Source: Octopus vulgaris (lineage: Eukaryota). From it: 64,000 bases of DNA. Shown here one piece after another: positions 11,952 to 25,087 of this stretch; the stretch's first letter is position 1; every line of letters starts with the position of its first letter. A program made the position numbers and the translations under genes. Below the pieces are notes generated by a model that had not been told where the DNA came from, made no database searches, and worked only from the letters and a program-made list of their open reading frames with translations. Location of the stretch: positions 187,116,001-187,180,000 of the forward strand of contig OX597814.1 in the NCBI GenBank assembly GCA_951406725.2, given 5' to 3'.

Positions 11952-14829
11952 TACTAGTGTTGCTGCTGTTGCTGCCACTGACAACTGACCTGTTCAGATG
12001 TGTTTTTCATATCACTCTCCAAGGCTTTAGATTTTACAAAGTCTATTCAAATAAATGATTTAAAAAATTTAATTTTGTACAGAAAGTCTCAGAACATCTT
12101 GGAAGTCTATCAGTGCAGGGTTAAGTTATAAGAAATCCACTTTTAGACACATTTCATTTTCTCCTTATTTGGTCTACACACATACACAATTGGAGAACAT
12201 TTACAAAACAAACAAGTTGAAGGTGGATGTAATCTGACCCAGAAAGATTGAAATTCTTGTTGATTATGCGATGTCTAGCAATACTAAACAACTACTGCTA
12301 TTAGGTTTGTTTAGTTGCAATTCTAATGAGTATTTTCTTTCTCAGAAATTATTCATCCCCCTACTCAATCCTATTTTTCTGTTGCAATAATAACAATAAT
12401 AATTAGTGGCTATAAATATGCTTAAAACTTCAATAGTTAAAGCTCTCACCTTTTCACTTATCTTCGCTTAAGTTTGATTACGTGTTGAAATTGCTTTTGG
12501 AATTTCCATGTCTAGTGACCTTTCAGATCTTCATAAAGCCTGTTGCCTTCTTTTCCAGAACACTTTTTGGTCCTGGACAAAATCTCTCATTAACTAAAAA
12601 AAGTTTATGTCTATCATAGATGTAATAAGAAATGGTGAACTATTTTTTTTTTCACATCAATACTATTTTACTTTACATAACAACATGATATTGAAAACCC
12701 TGCAGAATGTTACTGAGTCATTATTCTACCCTGAGTGTAAGTGCATTATGCTTTACTGGCAGCGAACCATTTGCTATAAATATGGGTATTTTATACTTAC
12801 GCTTCAGTTACTGAATTTAAACATTTTTAACTAAAACTATTTGATCTTTGGTAACTATTTCTTGTCATAACACAAATGTTGGCACTTCTGTACCTGTAGA
12901 ACTTGTCCAGAATACGCAAATCTCTCCAATAGCACTGCCTGGTCAAGGACTTGAAAACTGTTCATAATCTCTAAAATGAAAGTTATCTAAAAGAGACTAC
13001 TTTTATCTACAGCATTCACTGTTCCTCTACTTTTTCTGCCCCTGCAAAGCAGAAATCCCTCAAGTAGCTTTTAATGACACATGCAAAACAGTTGAGCCTT
13101 ATGACCTGCACCATTGCCTTTCTTTCTGCACCATCATTGTCATCATCCTTTAACGTCTGTTTTCCATACTGGCATGGCTTGGACTGCATCTATGATAGAA
13201 TATAGTTCTTGAATGACTGTGGTCTTCAGGGTTATTAGGATCTAAATAACTCAAGGTAAATGTAATGGATACACAACTATTCAAAAGTACAATAATCCAA
13301 AAAATAATAATTTTTATCATTAAGCACAAACATAATAGATCTTTGTATAAACATGTCTCCTCTCTTCAAAATACATTTACAAAAATTCTTTCTTCTTCAT
13401 TTCCTATTAGGGCTCATGCATATGTAAAATAAACAAATTACAAAACTATTACAAATATATATGTGGGAATGCAGACAAGGTTATATTAAAAGATAAAGAC
13501 ATGAAAAGGAAAACAACATCTTACAGATGACATGTTAAAATAATTAAATTTTGCACAATAATTACGCAAAATATTTAAATAAATATGCAAAATACAAATG
13601 GTAATTTTTATATGCCAACAGAATGTGGTGGTCCTATAAAGGACGATGTTACTGTTGTTATGGCCCTAGGAAAACATCTTTTCCAGCTGGTTATCAACAC
13701 ACAGCATATGAAAAGGGAGAAGTTAGCTTCCAATGTGATTTACAAATAAAAGGTGAGTTCATGCAGAGAGATTGATGATGTTAATGGGCTTATTCTGATT
13801 ATTCAATCAAGAAGAAAGAAATTGAAAGAAAGTAGTTTTGTCTCTCATTCATCAAAGTAGTTTGTATAAAGATTTTCCCTCAAATTACTTTAGATAGCTT
13901 TCTGGCCCTTCTGAGGATCTGTTCTTGTGTATATTTTATTATTACCTGTTTATATTTTTTGTTAATTTCTAATACTTTCTCTTCAATGTTTTGTATTTCA
14001 TCTTTGTACTGTCCCCAACACCTTTGGCCCTTTTGACTAACAAAAGAAATCAGGCAGCAGGCTGGCAGAATTGTTACATCATTGGAAAAAAAGTCTTGTA
14101 GCATTTGTTTCGTCACTTTTATGTTCTGAGTTCAAATCCTGCCAAGGTTAACTTTATCTTTCATCCTTCCAGGGTTGATAAAATAAAGTATCAGTAAAGT
14201 TTTAGGTCAATCTAATCAACTAACCACCTCCCTCTAAAATTGCTGGCCTTTTTGTCCAAATTTAAATCTATTATTACTGTTTATCTTTTAGCAGTGGTTG
14301 TTGCTGTTATTATCATTGTATTTATTGTTGTGTTTTGAGGAAACTGGACATGTTCAGACATAGCTCCATGGAAAGGTCAGATTATGGTGTTTCTACTGAG
14401 AGCAACAGTTATTGTTAGCAACAGTCATTGTTCTTTGGAATATTTGAATACCTACAGCTTTTATCATGAAGTAGAAAAAATAATATTTGTTTTAGGATAT
14501 TTTTGCTTTATTTTGTAAATATTCACTTGTGTTACAAAATGCATTGTTGTTCATCTGGCTAACATACTTCCAAGAATTTTGATCAAGTTTTGAGAAAATT
14601 TTTTTAAATATGAACATGAATTTTTAAAAAATTAATTTCATAAAGAGACAGAAAATAAAATAACAGTTAACCAAATCCAGATATTTGCACTACACAGAAA
14701 TATGACATTTTTAAATGTGGTAACCAACAATGAAAACAACAGCAAAGGCTGTGAAACTTTTGGTAATATTACCTGCAATTAAATACTTACGAAAATGGGT
14801 CAATTCACAGGAAAAATAAATTAATAAAT

Positions 14830-16340
14830 AAAGACTGTAGGACAATTATGTCACAAAATCTACCACTTTGCTTGACTATTTTTTCAAGAAAAAGCAAGAA
14901 GAAAAGTGACCAACTTCTTGCCTATCAAAAGGAAGAAAGGTTTTTCAGTGTGCCCTCAAAGGAACAGTTAGAGAACCCTTGGCTGATATATGGAATATTT
15001 TGGTTTCTACTGAACAAGGAAGGGAATATGGGAATATGTAGAAGTTCTTTACAACTGAGAATGAGGCAAGAAAACAGGATGAGTTGGTCTGCAACACACC
15101 TGCCCCATAGACTTATGTCCCAATATATGATATTGTGGAACACAAGAGGCACAGTCACAGACATTGGCAGTAATACAGATCCTTGGCTCATCATCACATG
15201 TGCAGTGCATCAAAGGCAAGTTGTGAGTGAGAAGCTGATGCTTGCAACATGTGATCTGTGGGATTTGCAGGTATATAAAGGTCCTGATCACCAAAGACCT
15301 TAGAACCATTCAAGAGCTGTGTCCTATGGCAGTTGTAGAAAGAAAAGTGATACAACAGGTGGTGCAGGACAAAAATCTCAGAGCAGCGAAGGCAACAATA
15401 CCAATGGGAAAGAGAAAATGAATAACAACGATAGTTTTGATAGCAGCTTGATGACAAGTCGGCTGAATATTACAGCACCAAGTACACTAACCCTAACCTC
15501 CTATCATATAGCTTATACAGTATTTGCAACAGCAATGACAGTAACTATATCAGGTGGGAATGGACTTATGAAATAGAAAAAAAAGGGGCAATCAAGAAGA
15601 AAGTTTTGAGGATTTGTATGAAATGAGAGCAGAAAATTAGCCTTAGCTGAGTCCCCAAAAGTAAAAGAAAATGTCTAAAAACGAGCTAACTTACCGATGC
15701 ATAGGTATGAAAAGTTGATGGACAGAAAGGCTGATATATACAGAAGTATTGAGGTATCTGAAACAAAAATAACAAAAGAGTAAAAAGTAGCTTTCAGAAC
15801 TTGAATTGAGGCAATGTGGAACCATGAAGGTCAGATTTCTTTCTGACAAGCTTGTTCACAACATCAGATAAGAATGAGGAACCCATCCTCATTCTGTCAC
15901 ATATATTCGTTGGCAAGTAACAAAAGAGACAATGGTAGATGTGTCATCAAGACAAAAATATCAGATGGTTAGTTTGTACCAACCCGGCTGAAACAGCCTC
16001 TGGCTCTGAGTACAAATGTCTTGTTTTCATAAGTTTTGAATTAAAATCTTCCACCAAACCTTAGTCACAATTTATGTTCCTAACACTAGCTTAATGATAA
16101 CTAAGTGATTATAAGTGACAAAGGAAGGTAAGGCAACTATCTTGGAGGTTTGCAAAGTATGTCAGAAGAACAGGTTGAAAACAGGAATGGAACTTCAGAT
16201 CCAAACAAATCAGAAAAAGGTTGGAAACATCCCTGACCTTATTGAGCTGCAAAGTAACACCAAGCTGTTTGTACCAATGGAAGGGAGAAAGGTGATGTGC
16301 CACATGTGTGGCACTGCTAACCACCTCCAGAAGGAAAAAA
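14830..16340 (+). mobile_element. Decayed retroelement ORF1/gag-like remnant
   Basis: Zinc-knuckle-like EGRKVMCHMCGTANHLQKE at ~16280-16335; the segments FSVPSKEQLE and THLP are paralogous to FPLPSKEELE and THLP at ~17810-18050, so the sequence is repeated; many stops and frameshifts. Confidence 0.4.
15977..16107 (+). mobile_element. Truncated copy of the piggyBac-like MITE at 23772-23992
   Basis: Near-identical TACCAACCCGGCTGAAAC...GATAACTAAG. Confidence 0.8.
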
Positions 16341-16493
16341 AAGGGACACATTGATACTAACCCCACAACTATAATAGCAATCACAATATTTAAAACATCA
16401 GTATCAGCCATAGCAACAATAGTATCATCTGCAGCAGCAGCAGGACCTGCCATCCCAATAAAAAGTAGACTTCAGCAAAACAGAAACACATGT

Positions 16494-16893
16494 ATACTCT
16501 TTTACTTGTTTCAGTCATTTGACTGCAGCCATGCTGGAGCACCACCTTTTGTCAAGCAAATCAACCCCAAGACTTATTCTTTGTAAGCCTAGTACTTATT
16601 CTATCGGTCTCTTTTGCCGAACTGCTAAGTTACAGACCATAAACACACCAGTATCGGTTGTCAAGCGATGTTGGGGGGACAAACACAGACACACAAACAT
16701 ACACACACACAAACACACATATATATATACATATATACAATGGGCTTCTTTCAGTTTCCGTCAACCAAATCCACTCACAAGGCTTTGGTCGGCCCAAGGC
16801 TATAGTAGAAGACACTTGCCCAAGGTGCCATGCAGTGGAACTGAACCTGGAACCATGTGGTTCGTAAGCAAGCTACTTACCACACAGTCACTA
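16494..16893 (-). mobile_element. SINE family A, near full length
   Basis: Direct match to family A. Confidence 0.9.
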
Positions 16894-18114
16894 CTTTGCA
16901 GAGAATTTAACTCCCACTGCCATAAACCTCTTCAATTCTAAGACAGCGACATGTGAAAGGGTTGAGATGTTACATTTTAAGTTACATTATAAGAAATTTT
17001 TGTCAAATGAAAATAAAAAATAGCTGGAAAATAAAATGGTTTCAAGCCAAAATATTAGACAAAGTAACAACTCAACAAACGACCATACACCCAGACTAAC
17101 ACCACCACCATCGTAACAACAACAGCAGCAACAATAACAGTCAAATACTCAATCATGTCAACAACAGAAGCAGCAACAGGGTAAACACACAAACAAAACC
17201 ACCACAATAAAAAAAAAAACCCAACAAAAATGAAACAACAGTAATAATAATGACAGAAGCCAAACAGCCAAACACACACATACAGACATGCAAAAGAAAA
17301 AATCTAGAAAATCCTCTTTTACTATACAATTTTAAATATTTGTTTACTTTTTGAGATTCATAGAAAAAAATTCAAAAATCTACAAGAAACATTACTCCAG
17401 TCTACTTCATTGAAAATAGGTGCCAGCTCAGTGTTGGTGCAACCCTCTCTCCTTCTAGCCATCACAATCCTAGATGTTTCACTGGATCAATGGGTGGGAG
17501 AGCCAAGAGTATATCTACATCTGCTTGCAACTACACTGGTACACAACACAATTAGCAAAAACTAGGTACACGCTACCAGGTCATACATGCTTCTGAGAGA
17601 TAGCTGTGGCTTATTCTTAATTAATTAAATTTTTTACAATAAAAGCACAGCAACAGTAATTCATACTTTTCTATCATTGAAAATCAGAAAGAAGTACTAG
17701 ACATCAGTCAATTCCAGTAAAGGAAAAAAACATGGAAAAAGCAGTATTTCCTTACTTGGAAAGAGTGTGACGGTGGGTAACAAACATCTGTTTTTCAAAA
17801 AAGAATGGGGCTTTCCTTTGCCCTCCAAAGAGGAGTTGGAGCAAGTGTTTCCTTACTCAGGGGAATTCATCCTGGATGGAGTTTTTCAAAAAGGACGTAG
17901 CTTTTTTTGTTCTTAAAAGCAGAGTGGAGCAAACTTTGACTGAAGTGTGCCCCATTGATTAAAATAGGGCATGTGGAAGCATATATTTAGCCTTTAAGAT
18001 GAAGAATTAGGTGAGGAGAAAAGCAGAGCTGATGCATTACACACCTGCCTGCAGATAGGTGTCACAGTACTTGGGTCACAATTGGAGATACTTGCATGAA
18101 CACTGACAGGTGAC

Positions 18115-18581
18115 AAGTTGGTAGACTTATTAGTGTTGAACAAAATGTTTAACAGCATTTCTTCCAGCTGTCTATGTTCTGAGTTTAGATTCTACTAAGA
18201 TCATCTTTGCCTTTCCTCCTTTCAGGGTTGATAAACTAAAGTACCGCTTGGGCACTCAGGTCAATGTAATCAACTATTCTCCTCCTATAAAATTACTGGG
18301 TTCATGTCAAAATTTGAAACCATTATTCTCACCTTGTGCCAAAGTTAAAAAGAATTGTTATTATCATTATCATTAAGGCAGTAAACTTAGAGGATTGGGT
18401 AAAATGCTTCACAGTATTTCTTTTAACTCTTGATGTTCTGAATTCAAATACTGCTCAAGATAAACTTTGCTTTTTCTCCTAACAGGACCGATAAAATAAA
18501 GTACCAATCAAGTACTGGAGTGGGAGTAATAAAGTTGCCCCCTCCCATCAAAACTGCTGGCCCTGCACCAAAATTTGAAAC

Positions 18582-18617
<36 letters not shown>

Positions 18618-19970
18618 GATGGTAGAATCATTACTGCACTGGACAAAATACTTAGAGACATTTTTTCCAACTTTACATTCTATGTTCAAATTCCACTGAT
18701 GTCATCTTTGCCTTTCATCCTTTTGAGATCAATAAAAGTACCAGTCAAACATGAAGTTTGATATAATCAACTTACCTCCTCCCGCCAAATTTCTGGCCTT
18801 GTGCCTGTACTAGAAAGGACAATTATTATTTTATCATCATCATCAGCATCATCATTAGGGCAGTAGACTGGTATAATCACAAGAGCATTAGACAAAATAC
18901 TTTACAGTAGTTCAAATCCTGCCAAGGTCTACTTTACCTTTCATCTTTTAGAAATCAATTGAAATCAAATTCGATGACTGGCATCTGTGCTAGTGGAGTG
19001 CTAAAACTACCATATGAGTGAGATTGTTGCCAGAGCAACAAGCTGGCCTCTGTGCTGATAGCATGTTAAAAACACCAGTCGAGCATAATCGTTACCTGCG
19101 TTGCCTTGCTAGCACTTGTGCTGGTGGCATGTGAAAAAACATTTGAGCGAGGTCATTGCCAGTTCCGCTGGACTGGTTCCTGTGCAGGTGGCACATAAAA
19201 GGCACCATTTGAGAGTGGACGTTGCCAGTACTGCCTGACTGGCCCTCGTGCCAGTGGCACATAAAAGCACCCACTACACTCTCGGAGTGGTTGGCATAAG
19301 GAAGGGCATCCAGCTGTAGAAACTCTGCCAGATCAGATTGGAGTCTGGTGCAGCCATCTGGTTCGCCAGACCTCAGTCAAATCGTCCAACCCATGCTAGC
19401 ATGGAAAGCGGACGTTAAACGATGAACCAACTCTCTTCTCTCTCCTCAAAATTGCTTGCTTTTTTCTAAATAGGAAACAATTATTAAGGGTCATGGAAAG
19501 TGCAGAACTGTTAGAGTGTCAGACAAAATTCTTTGCAGCACTTACTTAGCTGCAACTACTCTTATTTGCACTAGTCTATGAATCTTATCAAGATGAATTT
19601 TGTTTTCCATCTCACTGGGGACAATAAAATGAAGCACTGCCCAAGTACAGGGGTCAATGGTGTTGACTAGACCCCCTCCCCTTGAAATTTCTGGGCATCT
19701 GCCTATGTAAGAAACAATTGCTATATTTTTATTATTGGCAGAATTGGAAGAACCTGAACAAAATCCGTTTGTAGCATTTAGTTATCTCCCTTCGTAGTCT
19801 GAGTTGTATAAACCTACTGATGCTGACCCTATCCTTTCATTTTTCTGCAAGTCAATAAAATAAGTACCAGTCAAGTACTGAAGCTGATTTAATTGACTAT
19901 TACCCCACCTTCCTTAAAACTGAGGCTTTATGTCTGTATAAAAAAAAAATCTTTGTTATTATTACTGATA
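18115..19970 (+). mobile_element. Head-to-tail cluster of about six old SINE B copies, one split by an RTE 3' UTR insertion (18962-19425)
   Basis: Repeated GGCAGAATC...TTCAAAT...GCCTTTCATCC...AAGTACCAG...GGCCTTGTGCC units, most ending in (ATT)n. Confidence 0.75.
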
Positions 19971-20127
19971 CTGATACTTCTGTGTGTGTGTGTGTGTGTT
20001 CACATATATAATTTTTATTCTAAGGGTGTGTTTGCACAGCAACAGTGTCAAAAGAACATTGCTTGCTTAGTTGAGATTTACAACTTCAACTGAAAGAAAA
20101 GTAAAAATAAGAATTTAAAATATATAC

Positions 20128-20131
20128 ATGC

Positions 20132-20162
<31 letters not shown>

Positions 20163-20639
20163 TATGTACACATATATACATATACATATACATATACACA
20201 TATATATACATACATATCTATATATATATATATACACATACATACACATATATACATACATACACATATATACATATATATACACACATACACATATATA
20301 CATATATATACACACATATATATATACATATATATACACATATATATATATACATATATATACACATATATACATATATATACACACATATATACACATA
20401 TATACACATATATATACACATATATACACACATATATACATATATATACACACATATATACATACATATACACACATATATACATATACATACACACACA
20501 CATATATATATACACATATATACATTATATGTACATATACACATATATATACACACACACACACTCATATATATCTATATGTACATACATATATATTTAC
20601 ACATATATACATATATATCTATATGTACATACATATATA

Positions 20640-20703
<64 letters not shown>

Positions 20704-20730
20704 CACATACATATATATCTATATATATAT
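20128..20730. repeat. Compound (TA)/(CA)/(TACA) microsatellite
   Basis: Direct inspection. Confidence 0.95.
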
Positions 20731-20825
20731 AAGCAAAAAAGACAACAAAATTAATGAGAAAATAAAAAAAAATTATTCACCAGGAATTTTATTTACTCAT
20801 TTAGTTATTTACATTAAATGTATGC

Positions 20826-20866
<41 letters not shown>

Positions 20867-22359
20867 CATACATATATCTTAATCTCTATGGTTTCTCATT
20901 CTCTTCTCTCCTCCAGGCATTTTGCTTGTTTGTGTTAACTACCACCAACAGCTCCACCACTGCCGCCAATAACACCTTCTCCTTTCATCCCCCACCACCA
21001 CCACCACCCCTCCGCTTCTATCTTTTTCTCTGTCTTTATTGCTCTTCTAGTTGGGCATCTCTTTCAAATAATAAGAAAGTTAACACCAACAAGCTCATTC
21101 GTTTGCCGTCATGCAAAATTACATAGTGTGGTAAATATTTTATTATTGCCTTTATAAAACTTTATGTAATAAACATTCACATTATCAAATGTTTCTATAT
21201 ATTATTATTATTTTTTCAGATATTTCCATAATAAAACATGCAGTTGCCCACAGAATTGCAAACAGAATGACTTTGAAGCTTGCACCAAGCAGTTGCAGGA
21301 GTGTGCTTGGATGCAGTGGGGTGGACTGAGGTGCAGGGGAAGGTGGTGGTGGTAGCGGTGATGGTGGCGGCAGCAGTGGTGGTGGTTGGGGTGGCTGTCA
21401 GATTTAGGATGGAAGAAATACATTTTCCAAATATTTTAAATTAATTCTGAAAGTGAGTTCAATACTTTATCAGCTTTGAGTAAATGATTTAATTTTATTT
21501 TTTTAATTTTCGTTTTGTTTTGTTTGTTTTTTTTTGTTTTTTTTTTTTGCATGTCAAAAATATCTTTACAATATCTCTAAGGTACCACATCTCATAAACA
21601 AGAAGAGAAACAAGAAGAAATAATAACCACAACCACAACAAGCAACAACAACAATAATAATCAATTTAGCAAAAGAAAAACAAAAACAGAAAGTGGTTGG
21701 CATGGCAACACTGATAACATAAACAAGCAATGTGATAGTAATAACAATGCTAATACATTAGTAAACCTTGGTGTAATAACAATATCAACAACAATCAGTA
21801 ACTAACCACCACTGCTGTCACCACCACCACCATCAGAACTATCACCAACACATCACTACCACTGCCACTAACACACTACTACTTTGGCTAACATCATCAA
21901 AACTACTGCCACTGCTACCATCACCATAACACCAGCACCACCACACTACCATCACTGTTACTATCATCATCACTATCATCACCACTATTATCACTACCAT
22001 TACCACCACTAACAGCATCATCACTTCTACCATCACCACCACCACCACCCTCACAGTTACTATCATCATCACCACAGTTACTAAATCCACCAGCACCACT
22101 ACCACCATCATTACTGCTGATTACAGTCAGTTTCTGCAGTCGAGGTTATTTACTAACCTTCTTTTTTTTAAAAAAAAACTTGAGCTATAAAGTACTTAAT
22201 GACCTTCAATATCCTCTAGTTTGTTTCATTGAAATATTTAAACAGTTTCAAGTCAATTTATTTCCCTTACACTACTAATGCTCTTTAGAATGCATAAATG
22301 ATATACAATCTCACCCTATTATCTATACATTTTTTGCTACCTGGTTACTAAATCAATAT

Positions 22360-22565
22360 TGGTTTCAAATTTTTGTACAAAGATAGCAGGTTTGGGGGAG
22401 GGGCTAATTTGATTAAATCAACCTCGGTGTTAAACTGGTACTTATTTCATAGATCCTGAAAGGATCAAAGGCAAAGTTGACTCCGTTAGAATTTGAACTC
22501 TGAATGTATAGGTGGACAAAAAGCTGCTAAGCGTTTCGTCCAGTGTGCTAACAATTCTGCCAGTT
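22360..22565 (-). mobile_element. SINE family B
   Basis: Reverse complement of family B; similar copies at about 14075-14275(+), 48305-48530(-), 50720-50865 plus 51370-51437(-) and 51895-52000(-). Confidence 0.75.
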
Positions 22566-22859
22566 TTCTACCTTGTGGTTACTAGGTCAATATTGACAGC
22601 AGGTATGGCTGAATTGGTAAGATGTTTGGCTTGCAACCTTGTAGTTTGGCGATCAGTCCCATTATGTGGTACCATGGGTATCATCTATTGTAGTTTCATG
22701 TAAACAAATTCCTGGTGAGTGAAATTTATCAGAGAAACATACATACATACATACATGCATGCACACACACATACATTCATACATACGTACGTACATACAC
22801 ACACATACATACACACACACACACATACATACATACATCCATACATACACACACACACA

Positions 22860-23015
22860 TATGGGTGAAACAAATTGAGGAAGACCTGAAGTCCCAGTGC
22901 CTTGATCTTGAGCACACTAAGGCCAGTGCCATGGATCAGAAAGTGTGGAATAACCTCATCAGCAGAGTCCTTCATCCAGCAGCACCCACAGCAGCGTATT
23001 GGTTGAGAGGATAGC
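22860..23015 (+). mobile_element. RTE-like LINE ORF C-terminal fragment
   Basis: WVKQIEEDLKSQCLDLEHTKASAMDQKVWNNLI resembles the W.D.+..DL...A.DR..WR end of RTE ORFs. Confidence 0.55.
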
Positions 23016-23339
23016 CACTCCTCCACTCACCACCTAGGGATATCTATCTCTCTACATACATACATACATACATGTGGTCTTGGGGAGACAATGCAAATCT
23101 TTAATTCATACACTACAAATGATCGCAATATTTTGGACTATCAAAAACTGCTAGACCTTCTTAAGATTTAAAGGATAATGAAAAAACAAGATGCTTTCCC
23201 TCACAACCTTGACACCAGTCAGTTGGCCTGTCAAAATTTATTCTAAATTAAAAAGAGAAAGAGAACATACATACATGTGTGTGTGCATATGTGTACAAAT
23301 GTGTGTATATACATACATTCAGACATATGTAGTTACATA

Positions 23340-23551
23340 TGAGGGAGTTTTGCTTAAAAGTTCCTGGCTTTGAGGGTATTATGAAAGGCCTGGTTGGAGG
23401 CCCAACCTTATGAGTTATTTTACAGGCTCAGAAAAACTGAAGGGCTGCTGCAATAACTGTGTGAAACTAAGAAGGGAATATGTTGAATAAAATCATAATT
23501 AACTGATCCTCCTCTTTTACCCAAAGCCAGGAACTTTTCAGCACTTCCTTG
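23340..23551 (+). mobile_element. Mariner MITE
   Basis: TIRs AAAAGTTCCTGGCTTT / AAAGCCAGGAACTTTT, TA on both sides, and an internal transposase C-terminus GSEKLKGCCNNCVKLRREYVE*. Confidence 0.85.
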
Positions 23552-23771
23552 TACATACATATATACATGAGACTCGTAGTCTCATATGCAAAACATATGG
23601 AACAGTGCTGTCATTGTTGCATATACAAACACCCAAGAATACATTCCCCCAAATGCTATCCAACATATTCCAATGTGTTGTTTCCTAACTCTTCCCTTTT
23701 TGCAACAGTGATATGTGCTCCTTGAAGCCAGTTGGTCTTGTACTATTTCTGTCTGAGGCTACTCAACTTAA

Positions 23772-23992
23772 CTATTTCGTTACCAACCCGGCTGAAACCG
23801 GCTCTGGCTCTGAGTACAAATGTCTTGTTATCATAAGTTTTGAATTAAAATCTTCCACCAAACCTTAGTCACAATTTATGTTTCCTAATACTAGCTTAAT
23901 GATAACTAAGTTATTTTACTAGATTCTTTTTTATACTTAAAGTAATTGAAAGAAACACAGAGCATCTCAAAATAAATACAGTAACAAAAGGG
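23772..23992. mobile_element. piggyBac-like MITE
   Basis: TTAA at 23768-23771 and 23993-23996; termini CTATTTCGTTAC (degenerate CCCTTT.GTTAC) and GTAACAAAAGGG. Confidence 0.75.
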
Positions 23993-24648
23993 TTAACTAA
24001 CTCTTCTGCTCGTTATCCATGCTGTCACCTAATTTCCATTATAATCACCCCATTTCTGCACAAACTATCATTTTCAAAATTTCCTCCTTTCTAGAATTTT
24101 CTTTCTACTCAGGTTTCTCGTGCAGGCTTGCGAGGTTGTCCAAGATTCCACTGGATTCAGAGGGCCTGGAGAGGGTATGGATACAGCTCCATATTTCAGA
24201 CCCAAACTTTAAAAAATGGTACATTTCTTTGTATGAAATCTGTAAACACCCCTTCTCTGGATATACAACCTTATCTAGAGCCAAAACAAAAAGGAAAAAA
24301 TGGCCTTATTGAATCTGCCAACAAATGAAGTATTTTAATCCAGATCAGCCTGATGTCTATGTGGTGTGTTATATAGGTTTTGTATTTGACATTTTGTTGT
24401 TCTTCCTTATGTGATATGGTATCAAATATTTTGACTTCTTTCCAAATTGGTTTGTATGTAACTTTTAATAACATTCTTTCATGCAAAACTTATTGACTCC
24501 ATTTCCTAGCTCTTGCATTTTCTCACTCTTATCTTGACCTGTTTCAACTATGTAATACGTACATACATGCATGCATACATATATATATATATGTAAATAT
24601 ATATACATGTGTGTGTGTATGTGCATTATTATTATTATTATTATTGTT

Positions 24649-25053
24649 AAGGCGGTGAACTGGCAGACTCATTAGCATGCTGAGCAAAATGCTTAGCAGT
24701 ATTTCGTCTGTCACTACATTCTGAGTTCAAATTCCACTGAGGTTAACTTTGCTTTTCATCTTTTCAGGGTCAATAAATTAAGTACCAATGAAACACTAGG
24801 GGTCAATGTAATCGACTAGTGCCCTCCCCCAAAATCTTAGGCCTTGTGCCAATAGTAGAAAGGATTATTATTATTATTATTAAGGCAGTGAACAGGCAGA
24901 ATCGTTAGCACACCAGGCAAAATGCTTAGTGGTACATTGCCTGTTGCTTTGTTCTGAGTTCAAATTAAGTATGAGTGAAGCACTGGGGTTGATGTAATCA
25001 ACTAGTCCCTTCCCAACAAATTTCAAGCTTTGTGCCTATAGTAGAAAGGATTA

Positions 25054-25087
<34 letters not shown>

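Noticed and set aside
20078-20938. Long overlapping ORFs rich in Y/I/C/V/H/T (also 32.7-37.9 kb)
   Set aside because: Translations of TA/CA/GT microsatellites, which rarely contain stop codons; not genes.
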